A DNA stretch of 64,000 nucleotides from Octopus vulgaris (Eukaryota), in contig OX597832.1 in assembly GCA_951406725.2 (NCBI GenBank), positions 50,902,001 to 50,966,000 of the forward strand, given 5' to 3'. The position numbers were made by a program, and so were the translations under genes. Positions 55,295 through 64,000 of the stretch are shown here, one piece after another (the first letter of the stretch is position 1; each line of letters opens with the position of its first letter). Below the pieces are notes generated by a model, which worked only from the letters and a program-made list of their open reading frames with translations, was not told the origin of the DNA and did not search any database.

Positions 55295-55778
55295 TGCCTA
55301 TATGTATATATGTGTGTATGTGTATGTGTGTACGGGTATGTGCATGTTTGCGTGAATGATTGGGGAATGTATGTATCTGTACATCTTGTATTCTTTATGT
55401 GTTTATGTTTCTGTGTGTATGTGTGTGCGTATGTGTGTATGTACGTATACGTGGGAATGCATGTGCGTTTATGTGAGTGGGTATATATGCGTGTATGCCT
55501 GTGTGTATGTATGCATGTATGTATGTATTTCGAAATGTGTGTGTGCACGTGCGCATATGTGTGCGTGTGTGTATGTGTATGGTTGTATGAACCTGTGTGT
55601 GTATCTGCGTGTGCGTGCTTATATGTTTGTGTGAGCGTATGTACGTGCGCTAGCAGGTGCTTGTTGGTGTACGTCTATATGTGTGTGTATGAGAACGAGC
55701 TTGTATGATTAAATAAGTGTATGTATGTAGGTATGTGCGCATGCGTGCGCGCGTGTGTGTATGCAACAGTCGATCTCA

Positions 55779-55805
55779 TTGATTGGTTTACCGCCACCTG
55801 GTGGA
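55779..55805 (-). promoter_or_regulatory. Candidate CTCF site with adjacent CCAAT box
   Basis: - strand CCACCAGGTGGCGGTA followed by CCAATCAAT, in a unique island among microsatellites. Confidence 0.45.
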
Positions 55806-56704
55806 TATGTTACTCCAACTACAACGGCTTTTCACAAATCGATATCCAGACTGTCCCATACTCAGAGCAGCGTTTGAATATACTTTATATTGAAAAAGCC
55901 TGACACATTTGTGGGACATACGCTATTTATGTATGTATGTATGTATGTATGTATGTATGTATGTATGTATGTATGTATATATGTATGTATGCATATGTGT
56001 GTGTGTGTGTATGTGCGTATGTGTGTACGTACGTGTATGTATGCATGTATGTATATATGTATGTATGCATATGTGTATGTGTGTATGTGCATATGTGTGT
56101 ACAGACGTATGTAATTATGTATGTATGTATGCGTGCATGTATGCATGTATGTATGTAAGTATGCATGTATGTATGTATGTGTATGTATGTATATGCGTAT
56201 GTGTGTACGTATATATAAATGTATGTATGTATAAATGTATGTATGCATGCGTGCATATGTGTATGTATGTATGTGCGCATGTGTGTACACTTCACTGCAC
56301 GCGAGTTTACATAAATGCATACATACACATATATATATGTGTATATATATATATATGTATGCATGTGGGTATGCATGTAGTTTTCTATGTATGTATGTAT
56401 GTATGTATGTATGTATGTATGTATGTATGTATGTATGTATGTATGGGTGTATGTATGTGTATGTGTGTGTGTATAATGTTATGAAATGGCTGTTGCTATT
56501 AAAATCAGGATATCCTTAGATCATCTGCTTAATGTTATCAGACAGTTATCGTTATGTGAAACGTTCCAGCCCAGAGCGATCATACTAAGCGGCTTCCGCA
56601 GTATGTAGGTGTGTCTGCCTGCAACGATACATGTCTATATATTGTCTGCAGCAGTGTATGTTTGTGTGTGTATGTATGTATGTATGTGTGTATGTATGTA
56701 TGTA

Positions 56705-56740
<36 letters not shown>

Positions 56741-57484
56741 TGTATGTATGTATGTATGTATGTGTGTATGTATGTATGTATGTGTGTGTGTATGTATGTA
56801 TGTGTGTATGTATGTGTGTGTGTGTATGTATGTATGTATGTATGTATGTATGTATGTATGTATGTATGTATGTATGTATGTATGTATGTATGTATGTATG
56901 TATGTATGTATGTGTATGTATGTGTGTGTATGCATGTATGTATGTATGTATGTATGTATCTATGTATGTATGTATGTGTGTGTATGTATATATGTATGTA
57001 TGTAGGTATGCACATATGTATGTGTGTATGTATGTACGTATGTATGTATGTATGTATGTATGTATGTATGTATGTATGTATGTATGTATGTATGTGTGTA
57101 TGTATGTATGTATGTGTGTGTGTGTATTTATATTGCTTGTGTCTATGTGCAGCAATGTGCATGCAGTTTCATACGAACGTGTATGTACTTATGCGTGCAT
57201 CTTTATGCATTTTCACGTGAAAGTGCATGTTGCATGCATGATGATACGTATGTGTATGCTTGCATTTGCAAGTATATGCTTGTATGTATATGTGTGTGTA
57301 TGTGTGTGCATATGTGTGCGTGCGTGCGTGCGTGTGTGTGTGTGTGTATGTGTATGTGTGTGTGTGCATGTGTTTGTATGCACTTATATGTGTAAATCGG
57401 TATTCATGTATGTTACATGCATGCGTGCATGCATGCATTTCTGTATGTGCATATGTGATTGTATGCATCTGTATAACAGTGCCA

Positions 57485-57542
<58 letters not shown>

Positions 57543-58939
57543 TTTGTCAGTGTGTGAGTTTATCTGTCTTTAGTGTATGAGTAACTATCTGTGTGTGTAT
57601 CTGAACACCATTCCACTGTGTATGTGTGTGTGAGCGTATGTGTGTGTGAGCGCATGTGTGTGTAAGCGCATGCGTGTGTGAGAGTATGTGTGTGCGTGCG
57701 TATGTGTGTGTGCGTATGTGTGTGCGTGCGTATGTGTGTGCGTATGTGTGTGCGTGCGTATGTGTGTGCGTGCGTATGTGTGTGTGCATATGTGTGTTTG
57801 TTGTATGTGTGTGTTTGTTGTATATGTGTGTGAGCGTATGTGTGTGAGCGTATGTGGGTGTGTACGTATGTGTGTGTGTGCATATGTGTGTTTGTCGTAT
57901 ATGTGTGTGTGTGTGTGTGTGTGTGTATGCACAAAATCCAGTTGTGTGTGTGTGTATATGAATACATATAAACATATATGCGTTTGCACACTTGTGCAAT
58001 TGCGTACGTGTATGTGCATTCAAATATGTGCATATGTATGTGTAAGTCTATATAATATATATACACGTCTGTGTGTGTGTGTGTGTGTTTGTGTGTGTGA
58101 GTGCATTATTGCTCTTTGTGCATATATATATGCAAAAGCTATAGAGCGTGCTTCTATATGTATATGTGTGTCTGTATGCGTATGTAAATATGTGTATGTG
58201 TGTGGGTGTATGTATGTATGTATGTATGTATCTATGGGTGTCTGTGTATGTTTGTGAGCATGCGTGTGTAACTATATATGAGTGTGTGTGCGTGTGTGCA
58301 TGTGTGTGTGTGTGTATGCGTGTGTGCGTCTGTGACTGTGCCTATGTAATTACACATCTATGAGTAAATTGTCATGTGATTCTTCTTCTTCTTCTTGTTC
58401 TTATTGTTGCTTAGCTTAGCCCTGCCAGACCTAATCAATGACCAGCTCTCGCGGAGCAGGCCATGTTCGTCAATTTGCATATCAGGGACAACACCATCCA
58501 CTACAATATCAGTCAGCAGGGTGTGGTCTGAGGGAGATTTGGCTGCTATTTCTAGCAACTACCTCGTTAGCTCCTGCAAAAATTATAAGTAGTTCTAACC
58601 AGCTACTTGCAGTGTTTCGCTGTGTCTGCATCCGAAAGTGCATCCCTGAGCATTGCTTACCTCTTGGTGCATAGTTGTCCAAGTGATAGTATATACATAT
58701 ATTTGTGTGCATTCAGGTGTATTTGCGAATGCACATCACTAATGCATGCATGTGTGCATCAATGCAAACGTGCATATAGTCTAAATAAATACACTACATG
58801 CAAAGGTGTGTGTGTGCAAATGTGTGTGTGTGTGTGTGAGAAAATGTGTGTGTGTGTGTGCAAATGTGTGTGTGTGTGAGCAAATGTGTGTGTGTGTGTG
58901 CAAATATGTGTGTGTGCAAATGTGTGCGTGTGTGCGCAA

Positions 58940-58973
<34 letters not shown>

Positions 58974-59564
58974 ATATGTGTGTATAAATGAGTGTAAATG
59001 TGTGCATAAGACTTTAGTGTGTATGTGCATATAATTTAACATGTGTGTGTGTGTGTGCATATTGCTTGTGCAGCAGTAGACAGTAACACACAAATGCACG
59101 CACCCACATATACATATACACACATACAAATATACACTCGCATACATTCATACATATATACATACCTATGTTCATAGAAATATACATGAGTACATGCATT
59201 CATGCATACAAATATACACACACACATATATACACACATTCATATACACACTCACATACATTCATACATATATACATACCTATGTACATAGAAATATACA
59301 AGAGTACATGCATTCATGCATATATGCATGCATACAAATATACACACACATATATATACACACAGTCATATACACATTCAAGCATGTACGTATACTGATG
59401 TGTGGGTATATATATCTATATATGTATGTATGTATACATACAAATATATATATATGTGTGTGTGTGTATGCATATATATATGTAAGTATATATACATACA
59501 TATATATATGCATATATGCATACATGCATAAATATATGCATGCATATATGCTGTATATATATAC

Positions 59565-59671
<107 letters not shown>

Positions 59672-59693
59672 TATACATATATATACATTTTTT

Positions 59694-59750
59694 TTAACAA
59701 AACTGTCCGACGAACTGGAACGTGAAACTCCGAGTAACAGGTTTTGTTGA
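59694..59750 (+). ncRNA. Minimal hammerhead motif (U4C variant)
   Basis: aacaaaa-ctgt CCGACGA ac-tggaac-gt GAAAC tccga GTA acag-g-ttttgtt; extended stem I; predicted cut after A59736. Confidence 0.65.
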
Positions 59751-59802
59751 ATTTCTCTGCTTTTAAATAAAGTATACATGTATAAATAAGAATATATATT
59801 TA

Positions 59803-59846
<44 letters not shown>

Positions 59847-60338
59847 TATATATGGAAGGATGTATGGATGTATGGATGGATGGATGATTGATGGATGAAT
59901 TCATGGATATGTTTATATGCTTAGTCTGTAAGTTTTCGCGGGTACCTGTACCTCTTTGTGCACTTACGCACGCGAAAATATACGTAGGCATGTGACAAAG
60001 TAAGTATAAGAGCACTATTGATAATATATATGTGTGTGTGTGTATGTGTGTGTGTGCAAGTGTGCATACGTATGTCCATTAATGTTAGCATGTATATCTA
60101 TCTAGTATGCGTCAGTGTGCGATTGTCTTCATATAACGTGTGTATGCTTGCATGCATGTACGTAAATAAGTCTCTGCGAAAATTATACTAAAAATGTGTA
60201 AGTTTGGGTATGTGCATGTATGCATCATATACATATATATACATATACATACATCCACATATACATACACACACATATATGTATCAGTATTTGTATATAT
60301 ATATTCGTGTCGGGATAGAAGAAATTTATTAATTTATA

Positions 60339-60983
<645 letters not shown>

Positions 60984-61459
60984 AATATGTACAGAAAAGG
61001 GAGAGTTTAATTCACTGGTAACCTAGGCTAATAGGTATGAGATCTGAGTGTACCATTAGATGAGCTACTAGGATCCAAATTCACAACAGGGGCTGGAGCT
61101 GTGGTAGCCACTGTCCAGTAGGGTGAGAACCGGTGATCTGCAGCATACCTTCGAGCTAGTTGGTATAATTTAAAGAAGTGGAATACGAAATCAAGGCTGG
61201 ACAAAGTTATAAATTCATTTAAATTAGTTTACTACTGGAACGAAGTAAGCAAAAATTAAATAATTTTTTTGCTCACTTCGTTTCAACATTAAAATAATTT
61301 AAATGAATTGATAAGCTTATCCTGCCTTGATTTTGTATTCCTCTTCTTTAATTATAGATTTATAAAGTATAGATATATATGGATCAAAATATATGCGTGT
61401 GTGTGTGTATATACGCACATATGTATGTGTGCATGCATGCATGAATGTGTGTATGTATG

Positions 61460-61490
<31 letters not shown>

Positions 61491-61988
61491 ATGTATGTAT
61501 GTATATATACATATGTGTGCATGTATGTATATATATATATACACATATATATATAAATACATATATATATATATATATATATGTATCTATCTATGTATGC
61601 ATGTATGTATGTATGTATGTACGAATATATATTCACATATATGATTGTATAAGTAATATACAAACGTATATGCATATAGATATGTATATATTTCAATATA
61701 TACAGATATGAGTGCATATATATAATGTGAATATATATGCGTGTGTGCGTGGGGGGCACATACATACATACATACATACATACATACATACATACATACA
61801 TGCATGCATACATGCATACATACATACATACATACATACATACATACATACATACATACATACATACATACATACATACATACATGCATGCATACATACA
61901 TGCATACATACACACATACATACATACATACATACATACATACATACATACATGCATGCATACATACATACATACATACATACATACA

Positions 61989-62020
<32 letters not shown>

Positions 62021-62069
62021 CGTATGATTATACATTCATGCAGGCCACCACACACACACATATGCAAAT

Positions 62070-62280
62070 ATGCAGTTCCAAGGTACCCCAGGGCGTCTCG
62101 GGGATTTCAGGCCCTTGAACATTAGCCACCACCACCCGGCCCTTTTATCTCAACCAGGGTTGATAAAGTCCCAGCTCGCATCCTGGTCGCCCTTCTTCAT
62201 AGAAAGCCACCGCGTGGGCCCTCGCTGCAGCTTCTGTGATAGAATACATGGCCATCCGCTTTGCTGCACCATTTATTTTA
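62070..62280 (-). pseudogene. Second HERO-like 3' fragment
   Basis: NGAAKRMAMYSITEAAARA/RWLSMKKG matches the motif 'G..KRRAI..I.EAAERA.RWLW'. Confidence 0.6.
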
Positions 62281-62713
62281 ATGCCATTGGCAGCTCAATG
62301 GTTATATATATATATATTTTGAATGTGTTTGTGTGTATGTGTGAGTGTATGTATATATGTATGTATCTATGTATATATGCACCTATGCATGTACTTAAGT
62401 ATGTATGTGTATGTATGCATCTAGGTATGCATGCATGTATGCATGCATGCATACATACGTGCATGTATGTATGTATGTATGTATGTATGCATGCATGTAT
62501 GTATGTATGTACGCATGCATGTATGTATGTATGAATACATGTATGTATGCATGTATGTATGTATGTATGCATGCATGCATGTATGTATGTATGTATGCAT
62601 GCATGTATGCATGTTTGTGTGCCTCAGACTCCTTTGAATTGGCACCAGCGTGTATATATGTTTACATTCACCCCGTGATGTATCACACACCGTATGTAGT
62701 CATCTGCACGGAC

Positions 62714-62757
<44 letters not shown>

Positions 62758-63600
62758 TGTGTGTGCGATTGCGCATAATAATATATACTCGTGTATGTGA
62801 GCATGTGTGTACACACACAACACACACACACAATGCACACACACACACACACACGCACACACACACTCACACACACATATACATATAACCACGGTATCGA
62901 CCAGACCATCGGATGTAGTTATACACTGCGCGTCACAATGCGCTTAGCATCGTTTTAGCTTCCAAATGATGCTGCTCCTCCGTCTAGCTAGGTGAGCAGG
63001 CCAGCATCCCCACCTGGACGAAAGACTATTTCGTCACGGGGTTTACCCCCTCATCTGCAGCTGAGTGGACTGGAAAATGAAATGAAGCGTTTTGCTCCAG
63101 ATCAGAACACGTCGCCTGGTCCGGGAAACGAACCCATAATGTAGCGATCGTGAGTACAAGACTCTAACCGCTAGGCTACGCGTCTTCACACATGTATGAG
63201 TGTATACTGCTACATGTTCTTTAATACGAGCGCGCGCGTGTGTGAATGCATGTGTGTGTGTGTTTATGTATGCGTGTGCAAATATTAGCATGTATAAGTG
63301 TATACCGTTGTATGTTCTTAAATACATGTGTGTGTATGTGTGTGTGTGTGAATGTGTGTGTGTGAATGAGCGTGTGTGTATGCATGTGTGCGGGAATGTA
63401 TGTGCGAATGAGTGGTGTGTGTGTGTGCGTTCATTAGCATGTATGGGTGTATATCGTTGTATGTTCATTAATACGGAGGTGTGTGTGTGTATGTGTGTGT
63501 GTGTGAATGTGTGTGTGAGTGTGTGTGTGTGTGTAAGTAGTTATGTATATCAAATTGCAATTTGTCAGTGCATACATGTATTCGGTTATGCATGCACATA

Positions 63601-63636
<36 letters not shown>

Positions 63637-63746
63637 TGTATGTATGTATACATGTATGTATGTATTTATGTATGCATGTATGTATGTATGTATGTATGTA
63701 TGTATGTATGCATGCATGTATATATGTATGTATGTATGCATGCATG

Positions 63747-63777
<31 letters not shown>

Positions 63778-63854
63778 ATATGTATGTATGCATGCATGCA
63801 TGTATGTATGTATGTATGTATGTATGTATGTATGTATGTATGTATGTATGTATG

Positions 63855-63888
<34 letters not shown>

Positions 63889-64000
63889 TGTATGTATGTA
63901 TGCATGTATGTATGTATGTATGTATGTATGTATGTATGTATTTATGTATGTATGTATGTATGTATGTGTATGTATGCATGCATATATATGTATGTATGTA

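Overview
Eukaryotic, AT-rich, repeat-saturated non-coding DNA (intergenic or intronic). The SINE, Helitron and microsatellite repertoire is typical of an octopus (coleoid cephalopod) genome; this is inferred from repeat families, not from a database search. I can support no intact protein-coding gene: almost all listed ORFs are translations of microsatellites or SINEs. Recognisable content: three tRNA-derived SINE groups, non-autonomous Helitrons, decayed mariner/Tc1 elements, fragments of RTE, CR1-like, HERO-like and R4/Dong-like LINEs, a 5S rRNA-derived sequence fused to a SINE/RTE-type tail, two minisatellites and a few motif-dense regulatory islands. The most interesting signal is a set of seven minimal type-I hammerhead ribozyme motifs (six unrelated sequence contexts, plus one half motif). 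Each sits in a short non-coding cassette abutting a (TA)n tract, and one pair forms an 820-bp inverted repeat. This suggests (TA)n-targeting Penelope-like/retrozyme-type elements. All structures were read by eye and none was computed.
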